Of a stretch of DNA of 64,000 nt, positions 1 through 9,388 are shown in pieces. The stretch is from the IMG/VR virus record IMGVR_UViG_3300027295_000004; one strand, given 5' to 3'. The number at the start of each line of letters is the position of its first letter. Positions within the stretch are counted from its first letter, which is position 1. The DNA is from a virus (Duplodnaviria; Heunggongvirae; Uroviricota; Caudoviricetes). The notes beneath the pieces were generated by a model. That model did no database searches and was not told where the DNA came from. It was given only the letters and a program-made list of their open reading frames with translations. The position numbers and the translations under genes are program-made.

Positions 1-275
1 CCTACTTTCTCTGGTGACCCTTTCAGGGATGTGAGCGAGTTGTTGTGACAATAGAAACTTCCACCTACTTTCTCTGGTGCCCCTTCCAAGGAAGCGAGAG
101 AGTTGTTGTGGCAAAAGAAATGACCCTCTACTTTCTCTGGTGCTCCTTCTAAGGAAGTGAGGGAGTTGTAGGAGCAATAGAAATATCCCTTCACTATCAC
201 ATCTTCCAAGAAATCTGGCAATCGGTCTAGGTACAAATCACTAAGATCGACATTTCCTTGAATCGCTTTGATCAT
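1..275 (-). CDS. LRR-like repeat protein paralog (partial; N-terminal portion, continues beyond window start)
   Basis: Start codon is the reverse complement of cat at 273-275 (MIKAIQGNVDLSDL...); same repeat units as the downstream copies. Confidence 0.6.
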   Translation of the reverse strand, partial: MIKAIQGNVDLSDLYLDRLPDFLEDVIVKGYFYCSYNSLTSLEGAPEKVEGHFFCHNNSLASLEGAPEKVGGSFYCHNNSLTSLKGSPEKV

Positions 276-298
276 ACAATACTATAGATTAGGGCGTC

Positions 299-865
299 TT
301 AGGCATCAAGGATATAAACTTTCCCTTTGATCTTAGATACTTTTCTGATTTCCTCTTCTGTGAAATGGATCTCTTTTGCAAAAGAGATATAAAGATCTTC
401 ACCAATCTCTTTAGGTAAACCTTCTAAGGAAGTGAGGGGGTTGTAGGGGCAATAGAAATACCCACCTACTTTCTCTGGTGCTCCTTTCAGGGAAGTGAGA
501 GAGTTGTAGGGGCAATAGAAACCACTTCCTACTTTCTCTGGAGCACCTTTCAGGGATGTGAGAGGGTTGTAGGTGCAAGAGAAATCACGACCTACTTCCT
601 TTGGTGCTCCTTCTAAGGAAGTGAGGGAGTTGTTGTGGCAAGAGAAATCACCACCTACTTTCTCTGGTGCTCCTTCCAAGGAAGTGAGAGAGTTGTAGGA
701 GCAATAGAAATCACGACCTACTTCCTTTGGTGCTCCTTCCAAAGATGTGAGAGAGTTGTCGTTGCAAGAGAAATCACCCTTCACTATCACATCTTCCAAG
801 AAATCTGGTAGTTTCTCGAGGTACAAACTCCTAAGATCGACATCTTCTTGAATCACTTTTGGCAT
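299..865 (-). CDS. LRR-like 22-aa repeat protein paralog (188 aa)
   Basis: ORF carrying six repeats of xNSLTSLEGAPxxVG[GR]xFxC; conserved N- and C-terminal caps. Confidence 0.7.
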   Translation of the reverse strand: MPKVIQEDVDLRSLYLEKLPDFLEDVIVKGDFSCNDNSLTSLEGAPKEVGRDFYCSYNSLTSLEGAPEKVGGDFSCHNNSLTSLEGAPKEVGRDFSCTYNPLTSLKGAPEKVGSGFYCPYNSLTSLKGAPEKVGGYFYCPYNPLTSLEGLPKEIGEDLYISFAKEIHFTEEEIRKVSKIKGKVYILDA

Positions 866-888
866 ACAATACTATAGCTTCGGGCGTC

Positions 889-1329
889 TTAGGCTTCACT
901 GATATAAACTTTCCCTTTGATCTTAGATACTTTTCTAATTTCCTCTTCTGTGAAATAGATTCCTTTTGCAAAAGAGATCCAAAGATTTCCACCAATCTCT
1001 TTAGGTAGGCCTTCTAAGGAAGTGAGAGAGTTATGGTCGCAATAGAAATCACGACCTACTTTCTTTGGAGCTCCTTCCAAGGAAGTGAGAGAGTTGTTGT
1101 AGCAATAGAAACTTCCACCTACTTTCTCTGGTGCTCCTTCCAAAGATGTGAGGGAGTTGTTGGAGCAAAAGAAATGCCCACCTACTTTCTTTGGTGCTCC
1201 TTCCAAGGATGTGAGGGAGTTGTTGTGGCAAGAGAAATCACCCTTCACTATCACATCTTCCAAGAAATCTGGTAGTTTCTTGAGGTACAAATCACTAAGA
1301 TCGACATTTCCTTGAATCGCTTTGATCAT
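889..1329 (-). CDS. LRR-like repeat protein paralog (146 aa)
   Basis: Paralog with four repeats. Confidence 0.7.
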   Translation of the reverse strand: MIKAIQGNVDLSDLYLKKLPDFLEDVIVKGDFSCHNNSLTSLEGAPKKVGGHFFCSNNSLTSLEGAPEKVGGSFYCYNNSLTSLEGAPKKVGRDFYCDHNSLTSLEGLPKEIGGNLWISFAKGIYFTEEEIRKVSKIKGKVYISEA

Positions 1330-1352
1330 ACAATACTATAGCTTAGGGCGTC

Positions 1353-1856
1353 TTAGGCATCAAGGATATAAACTTTCCCTTTGATCTTAGATACTTTTCT
1401 GATTTCCTCTTCTGTGAAATGGATCTCTTTTGCAAAAGAGATATAAAGATTTCCGCCGATCTCTTTAGGTGCTCCTTCCAAGGAAGTGAGAGAGTTGTTG
1501 TGGCAAAAGAAATTACCACCTACTTTCTCTGGTGCTCCTTCTAAGGATGTGAGAGAGTTGTTGTAGCAAGAGAAATCACCGCCTACTTTCTCTGGTGACC
1601 CTTTCAGGGATGTGAGCGAGTTGTTGTGACAATAGAAACTTCCACCTACTTTCTCTGGTGACCCTTTCAGGGATGTGAGCGAGTTGTTGTGACAATAGAA
1701 ACTTCCACCTACTTTCTCTGGTGCCCCTTCCAAGGAAGCGAGAGAGTTGTTGTGGCAAAAGAAATGACCCTTCACTATCACATCTTCCAAGAAATCTGGT
1801 AATCGGTCTAGGTGCAAAGCACTAAGACTGACATCTCCTTGGATCACTTTTGGCAT
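1353..1856 (-). CDS. LRR-like repeat protein paralog (167 aa)
   Basis: Paralog; internal near-identical 66-bp repeats at 1576-1705. Confidence 0.7.
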   Translation of the reverse strand: MPKVIQGDVSLSALHLDRLPDFLEDVIVKGHFFCHNNSLASLEGAPEKVGGSFYCHNNSLTSLKGSPEKVGGSFYCHNNSLTSLKGSPEKVGGDFSCYNNSLTSLEGAPEKVGGNFFCHNNSLTSLEGAPKEIGGNLYISFAKEIHFTEEEIRKVSKIKGKVYILDA

Positions 1857-1879
1857 ACAATACTATAGCTTCGGGCGTC

Positions 1880-2257
1880 TTAGGCTTCACTGATATAAAC
1901 TCTCCATTTGATCTTGGATACTTTTCTAATTTCCTCTTCTGTGAAATAGATTCCTTTTGCAAAGGAGATATAAAGATCTCCACCGATCACTTTAGGTAGA
2001 CCTTCTAAGGATGTGAGAGAGTTGTTGGAGCAATTGAAATCACTGCCTACTTTCTCTGGTGCCCCTTTCAGAGTAGTGAGAGAGTTGTATTCGCAATAGA
2101 AACCACCACCTACTTTCTTTGGAGCCCCTTCCAAGGAAGTGAGAGAGTTGTTGCAGCAAAAGAAATCACCCTTCACTATCACATCTTCCAGAAAATCTGG
2201 TAGTTTCTCGAGGTACAAATCACTAAGATCGACATCTTCTTGAATCACTTTTGGCAT
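1880..2257 (-). CDS. LRR-like repeat protein paralog (125 aa)
   Basis: Paralog with three repeats. Confidence 0.7.
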   Translation of the reverse strand: MPKVIQEDVDLSDLYLEKLPDFLEDVIVKGDFFCCNNSLTSLEGAPKKVGGGFYCEYNSLTTLKGAPEKVGSDFNCSNNSLTSLEGLPKVIGGDLYISFAKGIYFTEEEIRKVSKIKWRVYISEA

Positions 2258-2280
2258 ACAATACTATAGATTAGGGCGTC

Positions 2281-2721
2281 TTAGGCTTCAATGATATAAA
2301 CTCTCCCTTTAATATTTGACACTTTTCTTATCTCTTCTTCCGTGAAATAGATTCCTTTTGCAAAGGAGATATAAAGATCTTCACCAATCTCTTTAGGTAG
2401 GCCTTCCAAGGAAGTGAGAGAGTTGTAGGAGCAAAAGAAATACCCACCTACTTCCTTTGGGGCTCCTTCTAAGGATGTGAGAGAGTTGTAGGGGCATAAG
2501 AAACTTCCACCTACTTCCTTTGGTGCTCCTTCTAAGGATGTGAGAGAGTTGTTGTGGCAATAGAAATCACCACCTACTTTCTTTGGAGCACCTTTCAGGG
2601 ATGTGAGAGAGTTGTAGGGGCAATAGAAATCACCCTTCACTATCACATCTTCCAAGAAATCTGGTAGTTTCTCGAGATGCAAACTCCTAAGATCGACATC
2701 TTCTTGAATCACTTTTGGCAT
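2281..2721 (-). CDS. LRR-like repeat protein paralog (146 aa)
   Basis: Paralog. Confidence 0.7.
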   Translation of the reverse strand: MPKVIQEDVDLRSLHLEKLPDFLEDVIVKGDFYCPYNSLTSLKGAPKKVGGDFYCHNNSLTSLEGAPKEVGGSFLCPYNSLTSLEGAPKEVGGYFFCSYNSLTSLEGLPKEIGEDLYISFAKGIYFTEEEIRKVSNIKGRVYIIEA

Positions 2722-2744
2722 ACAATACTATAGCTTAGGGCGTC

Positions 2745-3248
2745 TTAGGCATCAAGGATATAAACTTTCCCTTTGATCTTAGATACTTTTCTAATTTCCT
2801 CTTCTGTGAAATAGATTCCTTTTGCAAAAGAGATCCAAAGATTTCCACCAATCTCTTTAGGTAGGCCTTCTAAGGAAGTGAGAGAGTTATGGTCGCAATA
2901 GAAATCACGACCTACTTTCTTTGGAGCTCCTTCCAAGGAAGTGAGAGAGTTGTTGTAGCAATAGAAACTTCCACCTACTTTCTCTGGTGCTCCTTCCAAA
3001 GATGTGAGGGAGTTGTTGGAGCAAAAGAAATGCCCACCTACTTTCTTTGGTGCTCCTTCCAAGGATGTGAGGGAGTTGTTGGAGCAATAGAAATGCCCAC
3101 CCACTTCCATTGGTGCTCCTTCCAAAGATGTGAGAGAGTTGTTGGTGCAATAGAACTCACCCTTTACTATCACATCTTCGAGAAAATCTGGCAATCGGTC
3201 TAGGTGCAAACTCCTAAGATCGACATCTTCTTGAATCACTTTTGGCAT
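2745..3248 (-). CDS. LRR-like repeat protein paralog (167 aa)
   Basis: Paralog; 2745-3060 is nearly identical to 889-1200. Confidence 0.7.
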   Translation of the reverse strand: MPKVIQEDVDLRSLHLDRLPDFLEDVIVKGEFYCTNNSLTSLEGAPMEVGGHFYCSNNSLTSLEGAPKKVGGHFFCSNNSLTSLEGAPEKVGGSFYCYNNSLTSLEGAPKKVGRDFYCDHNSLTSLEGLPKEIGGNLWISFAKGIYFTEEEIRKVSKIKGKVYILDA

Positions 3249-3271
3249 ACAATACTATAGCTTAGGGCGTC

Positions 3272-3898
3272 TTATTCTTCAAGGATATAAACATACTCTT
3301 TGATCTTAGATACTTTTCTAATTTCCTCTTCTGTGAAATAGATTCCTTTTGCAAAAGAGATCCAAAGATTTCCACCAATCTCTTTAGGTAGGCCTTCTAA
3401 GGAAGTGAGAGAGTTGTAGCACGAGAAATCACCGCCTACTTTCTCTGGAGCACCTTTCAGGGAAGCCAGAGAGTTGTTGTAGCAATAGAAATCACCACCT
3501 ACTTCCATTGGTGACCCTTCTAGAGAAGTGAGAGGGTTTTGGTCACAAAAGAAATCGCCTTCTACTTTCTCTGGAGCACCTTCCAAGGAAGTGAGAGAGT
3601 TGTTGTAGCAATGGAAACTGCCTCCTACTTTCTCTGGTGCTCCTTTCAGGGAAGTCAGAGAGTTGTTGTAGCAATGGAAATAACGTCCTACTTCCTTTGG
3701 CGCCCCTTTCAGAGAAGTGAGGGAGTTGTTGGTGCAAGAGAAATGACCTTCTACTTTCTCTGGCGCCCCTTCCAAGGATGTGAGGGAGTTGTTGTAGCAA
3801 AGGAAATTACCCTTCACTATCACATCTTCCAAGAAATCTGGCAATCGGTCTAGGTACAAAGCACTAAGATCGACGTTTTCTTGAATCACTTTGATCAT
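3272..3898 (-). CDS. LRR-like repeat protein paralog (208 aa)
   Basis: Paralog with seven repeats. Confidence 0.7.
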   Translation of the reverse strand: MIKVIQENVDLSALYLDRLPDFLEDVIVKGNFLCYNNSLTSLEGAPEKVEGHFSCTNNSLTSLKGAPKEVGRYFHCYNNSLTSLKGAPEKVGGSFHCYNNSLTSLEGAPEKVEGDFFCDQNPLTSLEGSPMEVGGDFYCYNNSLASLKGAPEKVGGDFSCYNSLTSLEGLPKEIGGNLWISFAKGIYFTEEEIRKVSKIKEYVYILEE

Positions 3899-3921
3899 AC
3901 AATACTATAGATTAGGGCGTC

Positions 3922-4299
3922 TTATTCTTCAATGATATAAACTCTCCCTTTGATCTTGGATACTTTTCTGATTTCCTCTTCTGTGAAATGGATCCCTTTT
4001 GCAAAAGAGATCCAAAGAATTCTACCAATCTCTTTAGGTAAACCTTCTAAAGATGTAAGTTTGTTGTCGTGGCAAAAGAAATTACCACCTACTTTCTCCG
4101 GTGCTCCTTCTAAGGATGTGAAAGAGTTGTAGGGGCAATAGAAATTACCACCTACTTTCTTTGGAGCCCCTTCTAAGGATGTGAGAGAGTTGTTGCCGCA
4201 AAAGAAATCACCCTTCACTATCACATCTTCCAAGAAATCTGGTAGTTTCTCGAGGTACAAATCACTAAGATCGACATCTCCTTGGATCACTTTGATCAT
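3922..4299 (-). CDS. LRR-like repeat protein paralog (125 aa)
   Basis: Paralog. Confidence 0.7.
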   Translation of the reverse strand: MIKVIQGDVDLSDLYLEKLPDFLEDVIVKGDFFCGNNSLTSLEGAPKKVGGNFYCPYNSFTSLEGAPEKVGGNFFCHDNKLTSLEGLPKEIGRILWISFAKGIHFTEEEIRKVSKIKGRVYIIEE

Positions 4300-4334
4300 A
4301 CAATACTATAGCTTAGGGCGTAGTCGATCTCAAC

Positions 4335-4835
4335 TTATACATTGATGATTCTGCCTTTAATATTTGACACTTTTCTAATTTCCTCCTTCGTGAAATAGAT
4401 CCCTTTAGCAGAAGAGATATAAAGATCTTCACCAATCTTTTTAGGTAATCCTTCTAGTGAAATGAGAGGATTGTAAATACAACTGAAATTTCCTCCTACT
4501 TCCTCTGGAGCACCTTCTAAGGAAGTGAGAGAGTTATAAGAGCAATCAAAATATCCATATACTTTGGCTGGAGCTCCATTTAGGGTCTTGAGACTGTTAT
4601 ATGTACAGTTGTAATTTCCACCTACTTTCTCTGGGGCTCCTTCTAAGGATGTGAGGGAGTTGTTGTAGCAATAGAAACCACGACCTACTTTCTCTGGAGC
4701 ACCTTCTAGAGAGGATAGGAAGTTGAAAGCGCAATGGAACATGCCATGTACAACCATAACCTCTTTCATGAAGTCTGGTATTTTAGTGATGTATAATTTA
4801 CTAACATTAACACTTCCATGAATTTCTTTCGACAT
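4335..4835 (-). CDS. Divergent LRR-like repeat protein paralog (166 aa)
   Basis: Same repeat architecture at lower identity; the upstream spacer differs. Confidence 0.65.
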   Translation of the reverse strand: MSKEIHGSVNVSKLYITKIPDFMKEVMVVHGMFHCAFNFLSSLEGAPEKVGRGFYCYNNSLTSLEGAPEKVGGNYNCTYNSLKTLNGAPAKVYGYFDCSYNSLTSLEGAPEEVGGNFSCIYNPLISLEGLPKKIGEDLYISSAKGIYFTKEEIRKVSNIKGRIINV

Positions 4836-4850
4836 ATAAAAATATTCGGA

Positions 4851-5480
4851 TTACCGGTCCTTAATATATTTAACAAACCCTCGGATTTTCGACCGTTTCC
4901 TAATTTCTGTTTCTGGGAAAAATTCTTTCAATTTCAAAGGAATATAAAAATCTTCGCCAATTTCTGATGGTATGCCCTCTAATGAAACCAGAGGATTGTC
5001 AATGCATGAAAATGAATATTTTACTATTCTCGGTGCACCTTTCAAAGAGGTGAGATTGTTGTTATAGCAATAGAAATCCCCACCTACTCTCTTAGGAGCT
5101 CCCTCTAGTGTAGAAAGTTTATTATCATTGCAATAGAAAATCCCATCTACTTCATCGGGGGCTCCTTCTAATGACACGAGTGAGTTAATACCACAATCGT
5201 AATCTGTCCCTACTTCTATTGGACCTCCTTCTAGAGTAGTGAGAGAGTTGCAAGAGCAGTCAAAGGATCCTTTTACTTTCTCGGGGCCTCCTTTTAATGA
5301 TTTAAGCCTATTTGAATAACAATCAAATGTTTGTACTACTCTTGGGCTATTCTCTAATGTATAAAGATAATTTTCTATACATGAAAACATCCCATTGACT
5401 ACAGCACCATTGAGAAATTCCGGCAATTTAAAAAGAACCAATTCATCAAGAATTACATTGCCGTTAATAACCTTCTCCAT
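4851..5480 (-). CDS. Most divergent LRR-like repeat protein paralog (209 aa)
   Basis: NxLxSLxGxPxxVxGxFxC repeats retained; C terminus IRKRSKIRGFVKYI resembles the family cap. Confidence 0.6.
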   Translation of the reverse strand: MEKVINGNVILDELVLFKLPEFLNGAVVNGMFSCIENYLYTLENSPRVVQTFDCYSNRLKSLKGGPEKVKGSFDCSCNSLTTLEGGPIEVGTDYDCGINSLVSLEGAPDEVDGIFYCNDNKLSTLEGAPKRVGGDFYCYNNNLTSLKGAPRIVKYSFSCIDNPLVSLEGIPSEIGEDFYIPLKLKEFFPETEIRKRSKIRGFVKYIKDR

Positions 5481-5510
5481 AGTATATTATAAATCAGTGC
5501 TCTCTATTCA

Positions 5511-5846
5511 TCAAGCGTTATATTCGTCATTCCATCGTTTGATTTGTGACTCTCGAAAGATATTAGTACTTTTGACTAAGTTTAGGAACTGAGGCCAATT
5601 CTCCTTTGGTCTTTTGCTCTGTGCTAAATAGTCTACTGCTTTTGCTAATACGTATTCGTGTGCAGTTGGTTCGGGTGGAATAACGGCTGGATCGTGGTCG
5701 TACCACTTATACCCACAATTGCTACACTGACCTTTTGGTTCGCCCATCGAATCACAAATGAATGGATCTTCTACGTAGTTCTTACAATTTGTCTTCATTG
5801 TGTTGCTTGGGCTTTTCCCAAAAGACAATAAAGTCTTCCGCGGCAT
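5511..5846 (-). CDS. Hypothetical Cys-rich (zinc-ribbon-like) protein
   Basis: ORF containing CDS..CSNCGYKW; overlaps the next ORF by 65 nt in a different frame. Confidence 0.4.
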   Translation of the reverse strand: MPRKTLLSFGKSPSNTMKTNCKNYVEDPFICDSMGEPKGQCSNCGYKWYDHDPAVIPPEPTAHEYVLAKAVDYLAQSKRPKENWPQFLNLVKSTNIFRESQIKRWNDEYNA

Positions 5847-5985
5847 CTACCCCATCTTGAAATTTATCCCAATACTCTGCACCATATTCTTTTTCATTCT
5901 TTTCGACATAAACGGCAACCATCCGTTCGATCAAATGGAAAAAATGGTTCTTTTTAAATTTACTGTCTAAAGTGCTGGACTCCAT
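5782..5985 (-). CDS. Hypothetical small protein
   Basis: ORF only. Confidence 0.3.
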   Translation of the reverse strand: MESSTLDSKFKKNHFFHLIERMVAVYVEKNEKEYGAEYWDKFQDGVDAAEDFIVFWEKPKQHNEDKL

Positions 5986-5990
5986 ACTTC

Positions 5991-6848
5991 TTACTTGATC
6001 ATTTTTTTGATTTTCTCGAATGCCTCATTTTGGCGAGGAATAATTTCAGTCTCGTAAACCTTCGCAAATTCTTCGGAATTTTTAAAGTAGTACACATTAT
6101 CAAAAGAAACCATTCCAAGGTTCTCCCCATCACGGGTGACCTTATATTTCTCGCTCTGGATGAAGTCAACGATATATTGTTTATACTTTTCAACTGGCGC
6201 CCGGTTTTGTTTGCCTTTGATTTGCACAATGGTCTTTGAGGATGGTGGGGAGAGTTCCATAGTAACGTGAGGATTATTACCTCGATCCCATAGGCTGATG
6301 ATTGAAGTTGGCTTGACTTTGTACGATTCATTTTTCGCACAGTGGCCCATTGACTCTCCCTCATATTGACACACCTTTGCGGTAAGAGCACCGATGATCT
6401 TATGTCCGTTTTCAAACACATGGATCACCTTATAGTCGACACCCTCGACCAATTGATTCTTATCGACAGACGCCCCGGAGTTAGCCATCTGCTCGTCCCA
6501 GACTTCAATCTCATTGCAGTAGATATCTTCTGGAGTCTTCTTGTAGAGCTTCGACAAATATTTTTCATCTTTGGTCAAGAGGAAGTCGCACACATGAAGA
6601 AGGAAATCAATGCGACCATTATCATATACCACGACATAAGCATTCTTTTTCCAATCCTCGTCGCCTTTCGCTGGATTGTATTTACGTACAATGTTTTGCA
6701 ATTCATGTCGGCACATTTCGCCGGAACTTTCGAAGAAGCGCTTCTCCGCCTTGACCAGCCATTGAGTGATCACTTCATTGTCAATGCCTTTGATTTTGGT
6801 GACTTTATTAACTGCTTCGATGATTGGCTCGATTGAGATAAGATTCAT
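5991..6848 (-). CDS. Hypothetical protein (285 aa)
   Basis: Long ORF; no recognisable motif. Confidence 0.5.
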   Translation of the reverse strand: MNLISIEPIIEAVNKVTKIKGIDNEVITQWLVKAEKRFFESSGEMCRHELQNIVRKYNPAKGDEDWKKNAYVVVYDNGRIDFLLHVCDFLLTKDEKYLSKLYKKTPEDIYCNEIEVWDEQMANSGASVDKNQLVEGVDYKVIHVFENGHKIIGALTAKVCQYEGESMGHCAKNESYKVKPTSIISLWDRGNNPHVTMELSPPSSKTIVQIKGKQNRAPVEKYKQYIVDFIQSEKYKVTRDGENLGMVSFDNVYYFKNSEEFAKVYETEIIPRQNEAFEKIKKMIK

Positions 6849-6910
6849 AATTAAGTGCGTTGGTGTTTATAACTATACCACTTGGTGTTTGTTCGATCAA
6901 CCGATATGTG

Positions 6911-7429
6911 TTACTGATTTGCTAAAATAAATTTGCGAACTTCGTCGTCGATGATTGGTTTGCCTTCGTGAAGAATACTCACAATGATTTTGTATAATTC
7001 AAATGCTTTCTTTTCGAAAAAGGCGGTCGCTGCTTCGAATCCCATTGTCTCGATCCAACAATTCATTTGAGGATATTGAGGCGCAAAGTGTGCTATTGAA
7101 CCATTATGGAAATTACCAATCCAGCAGAGAAGAAATATCGCTCCTTTCACATTCTTGTCACTAACCATGTATTCGAAGAACACTGCTCTTTCTTCCGGGG
7201 CCTTGCCTACATATCTATTAAGCTTCGTGATATACTCGCCGTCGAGAAAGACAATAGATCTTCCTTTGGTGGTAGCATGTTCTTTCAGTGCATCTACATT
7301 CGCATCATTAAGATATGCCTTGCGAATTGTTGGCCATTTAACATTAGTACCTCTACAGGCAAAGATAGAAGAAGATTTCAAAGGTTGCCTATTCATAGAC
7401 ACCTTAGTGTTCTTACGCAGATCGATCAT
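6911..7429 (-). CDS. Hypothetical protein (172 aa)
   Basis: ORF. Confidence 0.45.
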   Translation of the reverse strand: MIDLRKNTKVSMNRQPLKSSSIFACRGTNVKWPTIRKAYLNDANVDALKEHATTKGRSIVFLDGEYITKLNRYVGKAPEERAVFFEYMVSDKNVKGAIFLLCWIGNFHNGSIAHFAPQYPQMNCWIETMGFEAATAFFEKKAFELYKIIVSILHEGKPIIDDEVRKFILANQ

Positions 7430-7508
7430 AGTTATTATATGCTTTGGTTGTTAATAACTATACAACGTGGTGTTTGTTTACTCAACTGCTTATGTTAGTG
7501 ATATGGTA

Positions 7509-7580
7509 GGGGCGGAGGGATTCGAACCCACAATCAACCGATTATGCTTACCACTACGGCTTTCGCCGCCTGTATAGTTT
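7509..7580 (-). other. tRNA-like fragment (T-arm, 3' acceptor strand and CCA intact; 5' half does not fold canonically)
   Basis: Minus strand reads ..gtgggttcgaatccctccgcccctacca; no complementary 5' acceptor strand is present upstream; sits in a 300-nt ORF-free region. Confidence 0.25.
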
Positions 7581-7804
7581 GTGGTCTGGACTATCCCTTA
7601 ATCTTCGACATGACTCGGTAAGATTGAACTATTATAGTCTCTGCACGTTCCTCTTTCGAGGCTTCGCTCAGGATTGGCATCGGCATTATCCGTTAAGCGT
7701 TCCCTGAATTTAAGTTCTGCTAACTTACTATTTCTAATAAGAAGACCCGTTAAAGTCGGCTGCTTTGACCCTTAAGCTACACCCCCATAAATTTTTTCTA
7801 AAGA

Positions 7805-8311
7805 TTACTCAAACTGGATGCTTTCAAATTCAACAATGTATCCCCCGGATTTATTTTGGTTTTCGTTCAACACTACCTTATATTCATCACCCCTGATCCC
7901 TACTACATACATCCCCTTATATGTTCCACTGGTAATGCACTTACTTCCTACAATATTTTCCGGTATGATTAAATTGTTTTCAGTGGTCCACTTGAGAACA
8001 GCAGCCCGATGATGTGACCGTGCAATATCTGGTGCATCATCGAGGATTTCTACTAGATTAGAATCTCCTGTTAAATATAGATGGTCTTCCATGTACTTAG
8101 CCAGACTGAAGCCATCATCAGTAAATACCCCATATCTTGAGATCCTTCCGAAAACCTTTTTTATATCAGAGATGCATTCTTCATCAGAAGAACCTTCATT
8201 GCAAGCATCTAGCCAATCACAATACCTACCAATGAGCCTCTGAACATCAGGGGCAGTATAATCAATTTGATCTTCGCTGAACTTTGGTCTCTTGATTGTG
8301 GTTGCTTGCAT
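7805..8311 (-). CDS. Hypothetical protein (168 aa)
   Basis: ORF. Confidence 0.45.
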   Translation of the reverse strand: MQATTIKRPKFSEDQIDYTAPDVQRLIGRYCDWLDACNEGSSDEECISDIKKVFGRISRYGVFTDDGFSLAKYMEDHLYLTGDSNLVEILDDAPDIARSHHRAAVLKWTTENNLIIPENIVGSKCITSGTYKGMYVVGIRGDEYKVVLNENQNKSGGYIVEFESIQFE

Positions 8312-8345
8312 ATATTATTATCAATGATGGTGTGTATAGATTCAA

Positions 8346-8377
8346 CAAAAAAGCACACTGTTTTAGTGTGCTTTTTT
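8346..8377. terminator. Bidirectional rho-independent terminator hairpin
   Basis: Sequence aaaaaagcacact-gtttt-agtgtgcttttttg: 8-bp stem flanked by A and T runs. Confidence 0.6.
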
Positions 8378-8412
8378 GCTATGAAATATGATTCGGAAAA
8401 TGAATTTGAATC

Positions 8413-8937
8413 TTATGGTGTTCTCATTGCATTCATCGCGCCTTTAGTAAAGCCGTCTGCCTGGGCTGCGCCTGCTGACGCTGCGGTCGATCCTACAATA
8501 CTTGATGCTGCGTCATTCAAATCATCAAGAGAAAGACTTGTATTTAGAAGACCTTCCCAATTACTGTCAAGACTCACTAATTTTTGAATAATTTGATCTG
8601 CTTGTGTTAAAAGTTTGGTCAGTTGTCTTGCCTGTGCCTTCGCCTCTGCTGCAGCTGCCCCCGTCTTGGCAATATTGCTAATGTTTGCACCGACTTGCGC
8701 AGCACCTCTTCCTACTGCCTTCGCCGCGCTCCCTACTGCACTTCCTGCAGCACTTCCCAAGCCACTAACAGCGCCCTTGAGTTTATCCCACCAAGCTTCA
8801 TCGATTCTTGATGGATCAGCAATGTATTGCTCAATGAGTTGTCTAATTTGTCCCGCATAAAGCTCTCTTGCTTCTGCGATCTGTACAGTCTGGGAGTATG
8901 ATTCCCAAAGACGATTGTTCTCGGTATAATGTCTCAT
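8413..8937 (-). CDS. Hypothetical Ala/Gly-rich protein (174 aa)
   Basis: ORF with low-complexity AAGSAVGSAAKAVG segment. Confidence 0.45.
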   Translation of the reverse strand: MRHYTENNRLWESYSQTVQIAEARELYAGQIRQLIEQYIADPSRIDEAWWDKLKGAVSGLGSAAGSAVGSAAKAVGRGAAQVGANISNIAKTGAAAAEAKAQARQLTKLLTQADQIIQKLVSLDSNWEGLLNTSLSLDDLNDAASSIVGSTAASAGAAQADGFTKGAMNAMRTP

Positions 8938-9104
8938 GGATAATACTTACTTATGTTTATTCGTCGTGCTGTTCGAATAATTGCTTTTCAATTTTTTCCC
9001 GGATGTCATCTTTGAGGTTTAACGCAAGAAGTGCAACGATTGCAATCCATTCTTTAACGGGCAAGCTAATTGAAATTTTATTTTTCATGTGATAAGTATT
9101 AATA

Positions 9105-9293
9105 ATGATTACTGAATATTGGATTGAACGACGAGATCACATGGACGATTGGAAACCTATTGACAAGGCTTATAGCCATCGTGAAGCAAAAGAATTATAT
9201 GATTCACATGCATCAAGAGTTTGTGGGGAGCTTGGTAGTAGCAGTGACATTCGCGTACTTAAAGTAACTTGGGAGGTTATATCGTTTCGATAA
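9105..9293 (+). CDS. Hypothetical small protein (62 aa)
   Basis: ORF only. Confidence 0.3.
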   Translation: MITEYWIERRDHMDDWKPIDKAYSHREAKELYDSHASRVCGELGSSSDIRVLKVTWEVISFR

Positions 9294-9294
9294 A

Positions 9295-9370
9295 TGGTAG
9301 CCACGGTCGGACTCGAACCGACACTCTACGGATTTTAAGTCCGTTGCCTCTGCCATTGGACTACGTGGCC
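9295..9370 (-). tRNA. tRNA with anticodon UAA (Leu-type), but with a 4-nt variable loop (class I architecture)
   Basis: Minus strand: ggccacg-ta-..-acgga-cttaaaa-tccgt-agag-tgtcg-ttcgagt-ccgac-cgtggct-a-cca. Confidence 0.55.
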
Positions 9371-9388
9371 ATGTTTCGTGTGATAGAT

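Larger units (their letters stand above)
1..5480 (-). repeat. Tandem array of 12 paralogous genes (one partial at window start), each built from 66-bp (22-aa) internal repeats and separated by conserved 23-nt spacers (acaatactatag[a/c]tt[a/c]gggcgtc)
   Basis: Near-identical N termini (MPKVIQEDVDL..LPDFLEDVIVKG) and C termini (GLPKEIG..ISFAKGIYFTEEEIRKVSKIKGKVYI) with variable numbers of the NSLTSLEGAPxxVGGxFxC repeat; identical spacers visible at 276-298, 866-888, 1330-1352 and onward. Confidence 0.85.

Noticed and set aside
1033-4132. Multiple 60 to 104-aa ORFs on both strands inside the LRR array (for example 1033-1275 +, 1049-1231 -, 2889-3203 +, 2905-3150 -, 3539-3853 +, 3543-3800 -, 3950-4132 +)
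   Set aside because: They lie antisense or out of frame to the clearly conserved repeat-protein genes and are themselves internally repetitive. They are artefacts of the 66-bp DNA repeats.
1-5480. Possible CRISPR array, because of the regular direct repeats with spacers
   Set aside because: The repeats are 66-bp in-frame coding repeats inside genes, and the 23-nt spacers are identical rather than unique. There are no CRISPR-like unique spacers.
5999-6836. ORFs 5999-6421 (-), 6030-6239 (+) and 6366-6836 (+)
   Set aside because: They are nested within, or antisense to, the longer 5991-6848 ORF.
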